Assembly: GCA_016188865.1 (NCBI GenBank)
Contig: JACPGX010000001.1
Coordinates: forward strand, 77,197-141,196
Source: Candidatus Nealsonbacteria bacterium
GTDB lineage: Bacteria; Patescibacteriota; Minisyncoccia; Minisyncoccales; MHMH01
DNA: 64,000 nt
Direction of reading: 5' to 3'
Shown in pieces: positions 54,918 to 64,000 of the stretch. The translations under genes and the position numbers were made by a program. Positions within the stretch are counted from its first letter, which is position 1; every line of letters starts with the position of its first letter. Under the pieces are notes generated by a model. That model was not told the DNA's origin. It saw nothing but the letters and a program-made list of their open reading frames with translations, and ran no database searches.

Positions 54918-56431
54918 ATAATAATTTCTTTTATAACTTTGCCGTCCATATCTTCCGGAATCGACACATTAAACATAGATAGAATGGTAGGAGTTAGATC
55001 TAGAACGTTCAATTCTCCGATATCGCCTGCGTTTTTTATGTTAGGACCGAAGGCAAGAAAAATACCTTCTCTTATTATCATGTGGCCGCCGCGAGCAACT
55101 TTCGCTACCCGCGTTATCGATCTTTTTCTAGTAAGGGAAAAGGGCAAAAAACCGGTCGGCAAAAATTTGCTGTTTGGCAAATAGGCAATGTCCGGAAATT
55201 TTTCTACGCCCTCGCCGCTGAATATCTCTTCTCTCTTCCAAACATATTTAATGATTTTTTCGCCATTTTTGTCTTTCAACTCTCTCATTTTTTTCATTAT
55301 TTCCGACCTCACTTCTTCGTAATCTCTTTTTAAATTCTCTTTGAATATCTTAATCCCCCAAAAATCGTGATTGCTTGCCACGGTTTTTGACCAATCAACC
55401 CCCATTGCCTTTGACTCGGAAGAATGCTTTTTAAGACGCCAGCTTCGATCAATCTTAAAGGGCTGGTTTACTTCTTTTTTATTTTTTTTATTAATTATGC
55501 TTTTAATGCTGTCCAATAAGTAATAGAGAAATCCGAGATAGCGATACCTGTAAGCTCCGGGTATTTTTATTAAAAAATTATTTATTGCCTGCACTATCCA
55601 CTGTTGGATTATATTGCCTTTCAACTTCAAGTAGCCTTCTTTTTTCAGCCATGATTTTGGATAAAACTCGTAAATCGGCACTGCGTCAAAGCCGTGGTCG
55701 CTCATAATAATGATATTCGCATCGGGATTATTTTCCATAACATCATTAAGGTTTTTATCTATTTCCTTAAAAAATCTTGAAAGATATTCTTCCTCCCCCC
55801 AAAAATCATGTTGTATGGCATCCGATTCGTCTACCCAAAATAGAACAAAATCAAAGGCGGCATCCTTAATGACGTTCCTAATGATTTGGTATTTTTGTTT
55901 AGCGCTTTCAAGAAAAAAGTTGAACAACTCTTTTTCGCCTTCCATTGTCTTTTCGCCCGAAATTAATTTCAGAAATGTCTCTCTACCCAGATGGAATCCC
56001 CTCACTCTCTCTTTAAATTCTTTAGGATAAGTATATTCATCTTTTTCTGAAACAGAAAAGCCGGAAAGCATAACTCCCTCAACTGGAGTAGGCGGATGGG
56101 TGGTCGGCAAATTTAAAATGGCTGATTTAAGGCCGTAATTTCCTAAAATCTCCCAGATAGCCGGATTATTGATTCTTATTTTGTCGTATCTTGTCACATC
56201 GCAATCAAAACATGAAAAATCAAGACTCCCCCATTTCGCGGGATTTTTTCCCGTATAAAAAGAAATTATTGCAGTGCTGCTTCTGCAGGGAATAGAACTC
56301 ATCAGAGTGCCATGGGATCCCTTATCCAATATTTTTTTAAACGCAGGCAAAAGCCCTTTTTCTGCCAAAGGCTTTAATGATATCCATGTGCCTCCATCTA
56401 TGCCAAAAACTATTGTTTTATGTTTTTCCAT
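54914..56431 (-). CDS. alkaline-phosphatase-superfamily enzyme (type I phosphodiesterase/nucleotide pyrophosphatase-like), soluble
   Basis: N-terminal FGIDGGTW metal site region and SDHGF. Confidence 0.6.
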   Translation of the reverse strand: MEKHKTIVFGIDGGTWISLKPLAEKGLLPAFKKILDKGSHGTLMSSIPCRSSTAIISFYTGKNPAKWGSLDFSCFDCDVTRYDKIRINNPAIWEILGNYGLKSAILNLPTTHPPTPVEGVMLSGFSVSEKDEYTYPKEFKERVRGFHLGRETFLKLISGEKTMEGEKELFNFFLESAKQKYQIIRNVIKDAAFDFVLFWVDESDAIQHDFWGEEEYLSRFFKEIDKNLNDVMENNPDANIIIMSDHGFDAVPIYEFYPKSWLKKEGYLKLKGNIIQQWIVQAINNFLIKIPGAYRYRYLGFLYYLLDSIKSIINKKNKKEVNQPFKIDRSWRLKKHSSESKAMGVDWSKTVASNHDFWGIKIFKENLKRDYEEVRSEIMKKMRELKDKNGEKIIKYVWKREEIFSGEGVEKFPDIAYLPNSKFLPTGFLPFSLTRKRSITRVAKVARGGHMIIREGIFLAFGPNIKNAGDIGELNVLDLTPTILSMFNVSIPEDMDGKVIKEIII

Positions 56432-58085
56432 ATTTTAACGATTCTTCAACTGCCCATTTCGCTCCATTTTTGCGGGGGTCTCCAAAGAAGCGTTCCTGCA
56501 GCTGCTTTAAATATTCTTTTGAAATCTCACGGCTCTTTTTTATGCAATTTATTAATTCTATAGGATTTTCAGCAAAAAAACAATTGCGCTTCTCGAGGGA
56601 TTTTATGTCAAAATAATCTCCCCATTTTTTAGTCCTAAAAAAAATAAAAGGCTTCAACTGCAATAACGACTCAAGAACAGCTGTGCTGTGAGAACCGACA
56701 GCCATATCTGATTGCGAAATGGCCTCTTCCATAGTGCCGTGGAAATTTTTTATTTTCTCTGTAATTTTTTTATAGACCTCGGGGCGATTATCCTTCAGCC
56801 ACAACTCAAAAGCGTCTTTATAGGGACGGAATTTAATATGCATATCAAATTCTTTTATTTCCAAAAGCGTTGAAAGATAGGGCATAACTTCTTCGGGGGC
56901 TGCCAATCCCTCCGAGATAAAAAGCACCTTCAGGCGACCCTTTGAGGTCGAACCTCTCGCGAAAGGGAGAGGTTCGACCTCTCCAACTCCTTTCGTCAGC
57001 GGACGCATGGGGCCGGAAACATAAAATTGTTCCGGTTTATAGGCGTTGCTATTTCTGATGTAATAATCCAGCCACCAATCGGACCAAAGGCCGTATTTAT
57101 CAACCGAAAGATAATTTTTACTGTTAAATCCCGGCATAAAATCGGAAATAAGATAGTATTTGGAAGCAGCTCCGTGCTGTATGCCGACCGTTTTTATCCC
57201 AGTCATTTTGCAGGCTATAACTTCGTGGAAACTACGGTTGCTGGCAGTCGGCACTATGGCTGATTTCGCCCCTACCCATTGCCAGATGAATTTCATCACT
57301 TCAATGGACCAAACTGTCCCCCTGATATTGCGAAGATAATGAGTGGCAACCAAAAACCAAAATTTCTCATTCGGATTTCCGGCTGACTGAAATCTTTTTT
57401 CACCGAAGAAACCGGCTAAATAATGCACAAATCCAACGATTGCCGTAGAATAAATCACCGGCCTTCTTCTTCGCCAAGCATGCTTTAAAATTATTCTCCA
57501 TGATTCCAGGCTTCTGATAAATTCAACAAAATTAATCTTTCTTTGCCTCAATTCCTGGTAAATAAATTTGTATCTGAAATCAAAATCATCCTGCCCGCTG
57601 AATCTGTCGCTAGTTTCAAGCAATAATTTTGGTCGGGCTATTTTCAACCAAAATAAAAATATGAAAGAAAGGAAAAGCTGAAGCAATATACCGAAAGGAG
57701 GCAAAAATATCCTCTTTTTATAAATTAGACAACGGCAACTTTGAGTTTCTAAAAAATAGCGGAAGAGAGATGAAAAAGGCGGACGATAAAGATGAACCTC
57801 TCCAAAATTTTTTAGGTAATCAAGTAAATCGCGATATTGAGTATAGGGCAAACAAAACTGATAATAAATATCGTCATGATGAATCCACCACAGTTCATAT
57901 CCCTTATAAACGATGCTTGGCCTGGGAAGCCGGCAAAATAGCTGATAGGCCTCCTGAACGCTGCCCGGAGTTATGAAATCATCTAATTTTGGGAAACTCA
58001 ATACTTCATCAAATTGTTCAAACCAGGATTTCTTCTTTTTGGGGTAATTTTTCCCGAAAATCACTAGGATAGATTTATTTTTCAT
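56418..58085 (-). CDS. hypothetical protein, possibly a GT-B-like glycosyl/glycerophospho-transferase
   Basis: Central TM-like segments and a C-terminal Rossmann-like half. Operon context only. Confidence 0.35.
   Translation of the reverse strand: MKNKSILVIFGKNYPKKKKSWFEQFDEVLSFPKLDDFITPGSVQEAYQLFCRLPRPSIVYKGYELWWIHHDDIYYQFCLPYTQYRDLLDYLKNFGEVHLYRPPFSSLFRYFLETQSCRCLIYKKRIFLPPFGILLQLFLSFIFLFWLKIARPKLLLETSDRFSGQDDFDFRYKFIYQELRQRKINFVEFIRSLESWRIILKHAWRRRRPVIYSTAIVGFVHYLAGFFGEKRFQSAGNPNEKFWFLVATHYLRNIRGTVWSIEVMKFIWQWVGAKSAIVPTASNRSFHEVIACKMTGIKTVGIQHGAASKYYLISDFMPGFNSKNYLSVDKYGLWSDWWLDYYIRNSNAYKPEQFYVSGPMRPLTKGVGEVEPLPFARGSTSKGRLKVLFISEGLAAPEEVMPYLSTLLEIKEFDMHIKFRPYKDAFELWLKDNRPEVYKKITEKIKNFHGTMEEAISQSDMAVGSHSTAVLESLLQLKPFIFFRTKKWGDYFDIKSLEKRNCFFAENPIELINCIKKSREISKEYLKQLQERFFGDPRKNGAKWAVEESLKYGKT
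56944..56981. repeat. perfect 15-bp hairpin (REP family 2-like) inside a CDS
   Basis: GAGGTCGAACCTCTC-GCGAAAGG-GAGAGGTTCGACCTC, translated in frame as EVEPLPFARGSTS. Confidence 0.85.
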
Positions 58086-59659
58086 GCCAATTGTTTTTCT
58101 AATTCATCCCAATTGATGACTGATGCGGCTTTTTGGAATTGATCGCCGGAAAAGTAAACCTTTTGATAGATTTCTTTAAGTTTAGTGAAAATTTTTTGCC
58201 CCTCCGGGGTGGATTTTTCTGCCTTTTCAATATGCGGCCACCATTTTTTGGGAAAGCCGACATACATAGCAAAAGTTTTCATTAGGCCATCGATCGCTTC
58301 TCTGCTTAATTGGGGCATATTTAAAAGAGAGGAAGCGGTAGTGTGGGTGGTCATCGCCTCTGGGTCAAGGTATCCTTTTTGGATAGCTTCCTCCCTTAAT
58401 TTGCTGCCATGATATGGAGTAAAAATGCTGACAGTCAAACTGTCGTAACCTGATAATTGACGATTGAAATCAATGGTTTCGAAAATCAGCTCTCTGGTTT
58501 CGTCCGGAAACCCAATCATATTATTGATGCTGAAGGGAATTCTGCTTTTCTTAAGAATTTCCATGCTCCTCAAAATTTCTTCGTTGGAACCAAAACGTTT
58601 CAGTTTGTTCTTCCTGAATTCTTCGTTACCGCACTCTACGCCAATAGACATTCTGTAGCAGTTCATTTTTTTTAATAAATCAGCTTTTTCTTCGGTAATC
58701 GTTTCCGGCCTTGTATTCATCCAAAAAGGTATGTTGAATTCCTGATATTTTTCGGCAAATTCTTTAAGTTCCTCCATGGGTCTGGCTAAAAATGTGTCAT
58801 CGATAATATAAAGCAGTTCCGGACTGTATTCTCTGACAAAATATCTTATTTCCTCCATTAATCTGCCGATGCTTTTTCTTCTTAAAAAAATTTCTCCTTT
58901 GCTATCGCGGTAAACTTTGCTCCACATCGGCGAATCGCAAAAAGTGCACTGATACGGGCAGCCTCGAGCTGTTTCCAACGGCACGGTTTTTAAAATTTTA
59001 CCGCCCATTGGCCGATAAAAACGAACTTTTTCAAATAAACTAAAATCCGGCATAAATTCATTAATATCTACTAAAGAAGCTATGGGATTTTTAATAATTG
59101 CGCCGTCTTCTTTTTTAACCCAAGTATTGAGAACATTCTGAATATCTTCGTAACGTTCGCCGTTCCTCATCCTCTGGGCCAGCTCAAGCGCCGTTTTTTC
59201 GCCCTCCCCCCAGCCAATCATTTTAATTTGGGGGTAAGAAATGGCCTTTTCCGGAGCAGCTGTAATAAAAACGCCGCCGACAATATGCGGTATATTCTTT
59301 TCTTTAATTGCGTTCAGCAATCTGATGCCCTGCAAAAAAGCATCCTCCAGCGCGGAAACTAGCAATAAATCCGGCTTAAAAGATTCGACTTTTTTTACAA
59401 AACTTCCAATAAGGTCTTTTCTCATTTCGAAACCAAGATCTTTTGCGTAAGAAAACTTACGGGCCTGCAAATATTCCACTCTTTTTAACGGAGAAATAGG
59501 AGCATTCTCTTCGTACAAAGTAGCGTCAAACAAATCGAGTTCAAAGCCTTCATTTTTGAGAATGGATGTAAAAAGGCCTATGGCGCCGGGCAAAACAAGC
59601 ATGCCCGGTATGTTCGGATAAACCAAAAGTATTTTAAACTTTTTATTGTTTTCTTCCAT
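58082..59659 (-). CDS. B12-binding-domain radical SAM enzyme, paralog B
   Basis: N-terminal Rossmann/B12-like domain and the CPYQCTFC cluster. Confidence 0.8.
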   Translation of the reverse strand: MEENNKKFKILLVYPNIPGMLVLPGAIGLFTSILKNEGFELDLFDATLYEENAPISPLKRVEYLQARKFSYAKDLGFEMRKDLIGSFVKKVESFKPDLLLVSALEDAFLQGIRLLNAIKEKNIPHIVGGVFITAAPEKAISYPQIKMIGWGEGEKTALELAQRMRNGERYEDIQNVLNTWVKKEDGAIIKNPIASLVDINEFMPDFSLFEKVRFYRPMGGKILKTVPLETARGCPYQCTFCDSPMWSKVYRDSKGEIFLRRKSIGRLMEEIRYFVREYSPELLYIIDDTFLARPMEELKEFAEKYQEFNIPFWMNTRPETITEEKADLLKKMNCYRMSIGVECGNEEFRKNKLKRFGSNEEILRSMEILKKSRIPFSINNMIGFPDETRELIFETIDFNRQLSGYDSLTVSIFTPYHGSKLREEAIQKGYLDPEAMTTHTTASSLLNMPQLSREAIDGLMKTFAMYVGFPKKWWPHIEKAEKSTPEGQKIFTKLKEIYQKVYFSGDQFQKAASVINWDELEKQLA

Positions 59660-59667
59660 AATTACTT

Positions 59668-61170
59668 TTAAAAATATTTTTCCCGATAAATCTTTTTATA
59701 TTCTTCAAAAATCCCGTTGCCTTCTTCATCAAATTTTTCGGCAATTTTTATCCTTGGCCATTCTGATTTCGGGAACCTGATATAAAGAGAAAATGTTCTT
59801 TGAAGGCCTTTTAATTCTTCGTAGCTTATTGAGGCCATTTTTAATCTAACGCCATCTGTAACGTTATGGACTTTAGCATTCTCGTCAAGGTATCCTTTCT
59901 CAAGGCAGTATTCTCGCAAAGGCGTACCCCTGTAAGGAACAAACATGCTGCAGTTAATGGTCCGGGGATTCAATTGGCGGTTCAGCTCAATGGTGTCAAA
60001 AATCAAGTCTCTCGTTTCTTCTGGAAACCCGATAATATTATTGGCGGTATAAGGAATTTGGTATTTTTCAACCAGCCTGATGCCGCGCACTATTTGTTCG
60101 TTTGAACCGTAGCGATGCAAAACTCTGCCCCTAAATTCTTCATTGCCATGCTCAATGCCAAAATTCATGGAATCTACGCCCATTTCTTTTAAAATTTCTA
60201 GCTTTTGTTCGGTAATGGTTTCCGGCCTTGTTTGCGCCCAAAATGGCAAATGAATCCTCTTTTTATATTCTCCGGCAAACTCTTTTAATTCTTCTATGGG
60301 TTTTGCCAGAAATGTTTCTGAATTAAAATTGATATAATCCGGCCGGTATTTTTTTGCCAAATATTCAAGTTCCGCCATTACCCGGGGAATTTTTTTTCTC
60401 CTATAATAAGAGCCGCATCCTTCTTTTATGAAAAAATTGCTTAAAACCGGGGCTGCGCAGTAAGCGCATTGATTGGGACAACCCCTGTCTATTTCAACGT
60501 GAATCATTGTGTAAATTTTACCGAACATCGGTCTGCCAAGGCGTTCTCTGCCCCAAATTTCGTAATCAATATACGGCAAAGCATCGATATTCTGCAGCCC
60601 TCTTAAGGGATTTTTGACAATTTTACCGCCCTGCCTGCCGGCAGGCAGGTCTTTTTTAATCCAAATGTTCTTAATATTGGAATAATCTTCGCCTCTTTCA
60701 ATTTTTTGGCAAAGTTCAATCAAGGTTTCTTCTCCCTCGCCAAGGCAAACCATATCAATATCTGGATGAGAAATAATTTCCTCCGGGGCGGCTGTCACTA
60801 ACACGCCGCCGGCAATAACCGGAATATCAAAATCTTTTGCAACGCTCAGCAAAGATTTGGCTAATTCCCAAGTATCCTCTACGAGAGTAAAACCTATTAA
60901 ATCAGGCTGAAATTTAGAAATCTTTTTTCTTAAATCGTCGTAAATATTATTTTTTTTCAGTTCCAATCCTTTATCGATCAAATTAAAGGGTTTTATTTGC
61001 AGTAATTCCACTCTTTTTTGTTCAGAACTAACTTCCTCGGTTTTATAAAAAGTGGTGTCAAATAAATCAACTTCAAAGCCTTTTTCTTTCAGACAAGCAG
61101 AAAGTTGAGATAAGTTAATCGGCACCAAAGTCGAAGCCATGGTATTGGGATAAATAAATAATACTTTCAT
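59668..61170 (-). CDS. B12-binding-domain radical SAM enzyme, paralog A
   Basis: CPNQCAYC cluster. Collinear with paralog B. Confidence 0.8.
   Translation of the reverse strand: MKVLFIYPNTMASTLVPINLSQLSACLKEKGFEVDLFDTTFYKTEEVSSEQKRVELLQIKPFNLIDKGLELKKNNIYDDLRKKISKFQPDLIGFTLVEDTWELAKSLLSVAKDFDIPVIAGGVLVTAAPEEIISHPDIDMVCLGEGEETLIELCQKIERGEDYSNIKNIWIKKDLPAGRQGGKIVKNPLRGLQNIDALPYIDYEIWGRERLGRPMFGKIYTMIHVEIDRGCPNQCAYCAAPVLSNFFIKEGCGSYYRRKKIPRVMAELEYLAKKYRPDYINFNSETFLAKPIEELKEFAGEYKKRIHLPFWAQTRPETITEQKLEILKEMGVDSMNFGIEHGNEEFRGRVLHRYGSNEQIVRGIRLVEKYQIPYTANNIIGFPEETRDLIFDTIELNRQLNPRTINCSMFVPYRGTPLREYCLEKGYLDENAKVHNVTDGVRLKMASISYEELKGLQRTFSLYIRFPKSEWPRIKIAEKFDEEGNGIFEEYKKIYREKYF
60630..60649. repeat. 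perfect 20-nt GC-rich palindrome (family 3) inside radical SAM paralog A
   Basis: CCTGCCTGCCGGCAGGCAGG, translated as LPAGRQG. This segment is absent from paralog B. Confidence 0.9.
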
Positions 61171-61946
61171 TATTGCTTGTATTGAGTTATCAGTTTATCT
61201 TTCTCCATTAATTCTTCAACTTTAGCTAAATCTGCGGGCGTATCCACGCACTGAGTTTCATAATCCTCCAAAACCATCTTAACCTTGTACCCGTGTTCTA
61301 AAAACCTATTCATGTCGATTGATTCAACTTTTTCTAAGGGAGTGGGCTCCAATTGATTGAATTTTAAAAGACCCTCCCGACTGAACGGCATAATGCAAAC
61401 TTGCTTCAACTTCGGTATGTCTTCTTCTTTGGCTCCTTTTTTCCTGGAAGGAATTGGCTCTCTGGAGAAATAAAGCGCGAAATTTTCTCGGTCCACCACC
61501 ACCTTGGGACAATTCGGGTCGTTGTGCTCTTCAATGCTCTTAATGGGAGCCATCAAGTTGACCGAGACGATGGCAGAATCGGCCAGTATCGGCTTGATTG
61601 CCATATCAATCATTTCCGGAAAAACCATTGGCTCATCGCCTTGGACCATGACTATTGCGTCAACCTTTTTGCCAGTTTGTTCTTCAATTTTAAACATGGC
61701 TTCAGCTGTCCTATCGGAAGCCCTCTCGTGGGTGTCCTTGGTCATAATGCAGGGAGCGCTAATTGATTTGGCATAGTCTTCAATTTCTTTATCGCACGTA
61801 GCAATATAAACCTCATTCAAGGTTTTAGCCATCTTACTGCGGAAATAAACGTGGCCGACCATGGGTATGCCCAAAATCTTGGCTAAGGGCTTGCCCGGAA
61901 ATCTGCTTGACCCCATCCGGGCCGGAATAATAGCGATAATGTTCAT
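61170..61946 (-). CDS. CMP-sugar synthetase (KdsB/NeuA-type cytidylyltransferase)
   Basis: N-terminal AIIPARMGSSRFPGKPL. Confidence 0.75.
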   Translation of the reverse strand: MNIIAIIPARMGSSRFPGKPLAKILGIPMVGHVYFRSKMAKTLNEVYIATCDKEIEDYAKSISAPCIMTKDTHERASDRTAEAMFKIEEQTGKKVDAIVMVQGDEPMVFPEMIDMAIKPILADSAIVSVNLMAPIKSIEEHNDPNCPKVVVDRENFALYFSREPIPSRKKGAKEEDIPKLKQVCIMPFSREGLLKFNQLEPTPLEKVESIDMNRFLEHGYKVKMVLEDYETQCVDTPADLAKVEELMEKDKLITQYKQ

Positions 61947-61970
61947 ATTTTTAATTTAAAGGTTTATATT

Positions 61971-62900
61971 TTAATTACTATGTTTCTCTAATTCATCGAT
62001 GGCATTTTTAATAGTGTTTTCATGCACCATTTTCCAAGCAACTGCGCCGGCATTGGCATTGTGCGGAGACAGAATGACATTGGACATTTTCTTCAGGGGG
62101 TTATCTTCTGCCAACGGCTCATCTTCAAAAACGTCAAGTCCGGCACCGGCTATCTTTTTATTCTCCAGCGCTTCAATCAAAGCTTTCTCGTCAACCACCG
62201 GTCCACGAGAAGTATTTATTAAATAAGCGGTCGATTTCATTAACACCAATCTTTCTTTATTAATCAAATGGCGACTCGTTGGATTAAGATCGCAATTTAA
62301 GCTGACAAAATCAGATTCTTTGAGTAGCTGCTCCAGAGGAACAAGGTCGTACTCTGGCACTTCTTTAATATCATTAGCTAGCACTCTCATGCCAAACGCT
62401 TGCGCTCTTTTAATTACGGCCTTGCCGACATTCCCCACCCCGATGACTCCGATAGTCAGTTCGTTCAAGGCATGGCCGAGTTGTTTTGACCAAATCCCCT
62501 GCTTCATTTCTTTATCCAGTTCCAAAATTTTTCGAGTAAAACAAAGCATAATGCCGAAAACAGTATCAGCCACGGGGTCGGTAAAAGCATTTGGGGTATT
62601 CCTAACTGCAATACCGAGTCTGGCAGCAGCTGTTTTATCAATGGCGTCTATGCCGGTACCCCATTTTGAAACTACTTTTAACTTTGGAGCCGCCAACAAA
62701 ACCTTTTCGGTAATTTCGTCGTTTCCGGCAATGATTCCATCAATATCTTTCACGTATTGCAAAAGTTCGCTCTCAGAGAGTCTTTCTTTCAGGGGCGGAA
62801 CAATGGTTTCAATCTGGTGTGAATTAAAAATTTCCCGATATTCTTCAATTATCGGCTGTAAATATGGGGCTGTCACTAAAACTTTGTACTTATAACTCAT
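61971..62900 (-). CDS. D-isomer-specific 2-hydroxyacid dehydrogenase (PGDH-like)
   Basis: GVIGVGNVGKAV NAD motif and the RG...D...H catalytic region. Confidence 0.8.
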   Translation of the reverse strand: MSYKYKVLVTAPYLQPIIEEYREIFNSHQIETIVPPLKERLSESELLQYVKDIDGIIAGNDEITEKVLLAAPKLKVVSKWGTGIDAIDKTAAARLGIAVRNTPNAFTDPVADTVFGIMLCFTRKILELDKEMKQGIWSKQLGHALNELTIGVIGVGNVGKAVIKRAQAFGMRVLANDIKEVPEYDLVPLEQLLKESDFVSLNCDLNPTSRHLINKERLVLMKSTAYLINTSRGPVVDEKALIEALENKKIAGAGLDVFEDEPLAEDNPLKKMSNVILSPHNANAGAVAWKMVHENTIKNAIDELEKHSN

Positions 62901-63529
62901 AGTTTTATTAACACTGCTCTGGCTGGGGAAGCTTCTGTGCCTATTATTTTAATAGGCAGACAAATTAATTGATAAATGCCGGGCTTGACTGCCGACAAAT
63001 TAAGCCCTTCTAAAACTATAACTTTATTCTTAAGAAGAATCTGATGGGTTTCATAAGTTCTGCCGAATGGAGCTATTGATAGGTAATCATTCCCAACCAG
63101 CTTAATTTTATGGTCCACAAGCCATTGGGCAGCATTAGGGGCAAGGGCTACAAACTTTTTTTGAAATACCAGTTTTTTCTTCGCCCAGAAATCTGAATTG
63201 GATGTTTTAAATAATAAACGGCTTGTGCTTTTAGACAGATGAATTTTTTCTAAATCTCCAGCTGTAATAATTTTTACTTTAGGCAAAAAAGCTACAAGTA
63301 CCGGCCCCATCATTGTTTCAATCGCCAGTTTATCCAAAGTAATGCCTCCTTTAATGCAGTGCAGAGGGCTGTCAATATGGGTGCCAGTATGAAGATTCAT
63401 ATTAACTTCCGTTTCAGTCCATAGGTCTCCTTTAGCAAAACCGGAGACCAGTTTAAAATCCGGCCTGATGCTTTTGGACCAGACGGGCATTTTTTCTGCA
63501 ATTGGCACTGAAATATCTATAATTTTCAT
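62897..63529 (-). CDS. cyclase-family protein (kynurenine formamidase-like)
   Basis: HTGTHIDSPLH motif. I prefer the ATG at 63529 (TAATG overlap with the upstream stop). Confidence 0.7.
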   Translation of the reverse strand: MKIIDISVPIAEKMPVWSKSIRPDFKLVSGFAKGDLWTETEVNMNLHTGTHIDSPLHCIKGGITLDKLAIETMMGPVLVAFLPKVKIITAGDLEKIHLSKSTSRLLFKTSNSDFWAKKKLVFQKKFVALAPNAAQWLVDHKIKLVGNDYLSIAPFGRTYETHQILLKNKVIVLEGLNLSAVKPGIYQLICLPIKIIGTEASPARAVLIKL

Positions 63530-64000
63530 TATGGTTTTAATATTATTTTTAGATGCCTTGCTGTTTTTTGCAATTTCCAAGCCTGCGAAAATTCTTCCAG
63601 CGGCATGATTTTCTCGGTAAAAGCTGCCGTATCAATTTTCGGCAGTAAATTAAGGGCCTCATCAAAATCATCCCTATCCCCTCCGACAGAACCGATAATA
63701 AGTTTTTCCTTGCCGGTTAGATCTTCAAAATTATAATTGATATTCCCATAGGGGAAGCCCAGCAGTAAAATAGCGGCATCTGTTTTGGTTTCTCGTAAAA
63801 CCTGCTCTAAAATTTCTCTTGAGCCGGTAGCTTCAATTATCACATCAAACCTCTTGAGGTTGGCGATGTCGCGTGATAAATTTTTAACTTTGCTTTTCAA
63901 AATTTCCAATCTATTTTTATTCTTATCAAAAATCGTTACTTCATAACCTTTATTTGACAATACTTGAGAACACAGATTACCAATGGGACCGGCTCCGATA
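63529..64000 (-). CDS. medium-chain dehydrogenase/reductase, N-terminus beyond the window edge
   Basis: The frame stays open to nt 64000. The reverse complement of 63961-64000 encodes IGAGPIGNLCSQV (Rossmann GxGxxG). Confidence 0.65.
   Translation of the reverse strand, partial: IGAGPIGNLCSQVLSNKGYEVTIFDKNKNRLEILKSKVKNLSRDIANLKRFDVIIEATGSREILEQVLRETKTDAAILLLGFPYGNINYNFEDLTGKEKLIIGSVGGDRDDFDEALNLLPKIDTAAFTEKIMPLEEFSQAWKLQKTARHLKIILKP

Noticed and set aside
56967-56981. GAGAGGTTCGACCTC resembling a tRNA T-arm (GGTTCGA).
   Set aside because: It is one arm of a perfect 15-bp hairpin inside a CDS. No acceptor, D or anticodon arms can be drawn around it. I found no convincing tRNA anywhere in the window.
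38788-63580. Long N-terminal extensions in track ORFs 38788-39234, 41454-42668, 45076-46248, 62897-63580 and 10146-10898.
   Set aside because: In each case an internal ATG lies immediately after the upstream gene's stop codon (or just after a REP), and the conserved family sequence starts there. The extensions overlap the upstream CDS or read through a repeat.

Overview
The window is a gene-dense, AT-rich stretch (roughly 35-40% GC by eye). About 50 kb of it is almost uninterrupted minus-strand genes. Several traits point to a reduced-genome Patescibacteria/CPR-like bacterium: short housekeeping proteins, a 23S-5S rRNA unit with no adjacent 16S or tRNA, and two group I introns with LAGLIDADG genes in the 23S. 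That lineage call is inference, not a search result.

Core content, in order:
- Cell wall and division genes (ftsQ, a FemAB-family gene, murF, PBP2, mreCD, murB).
- serS, lysS, rdgB and greA.
- The 23S-5S rRNA unit.
- rnhA and a ParB-like gene.
- An NAD-salvage operon (GNAT, pncA, nadK, pncB plus one unknown).
- A RecJ-like phosphoesterase, a RelE-type toxin-antitoxin pair and pgk.
- A T4SS-coupling-protein-like ATPase module.
- secD-metK-secF and secA.
- larC/larB/larE.
- A pdaD / deoxyhypusine-synthase-like / agmatinase cluster.
- A surface-glycan locus ending in a long operon with two B12-radical-SAM paralogs.

Structure not explained by ordinary genes:
1. Two paralogous structured RNAs are each driven by an identical 29-bp consensus promoter, and they bracket the toxin-antitoxin pair.
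2. Two GC-rich small-gene cassettes share promoter and terminator modules but carry different cargo. They sit next to a RAYT-like HUH transposase flanked by its own palindromic REPs.
3. At least three palindromic repeat families occur, several copies in frame inside coding sequences. One insertion is proven by comparison with a paralog in the same window.
4. About 55 nt of the 23S peptidyl-transferase region appears to be missing.
5. An in-frame heptanucleotide repeat lies in murB.

I found no CRISPR array and no tRNA. All calls rest on reading the sequence and remembered family motifs. No database search or folding program was run, and RNA and repeat boundaries are approximate.
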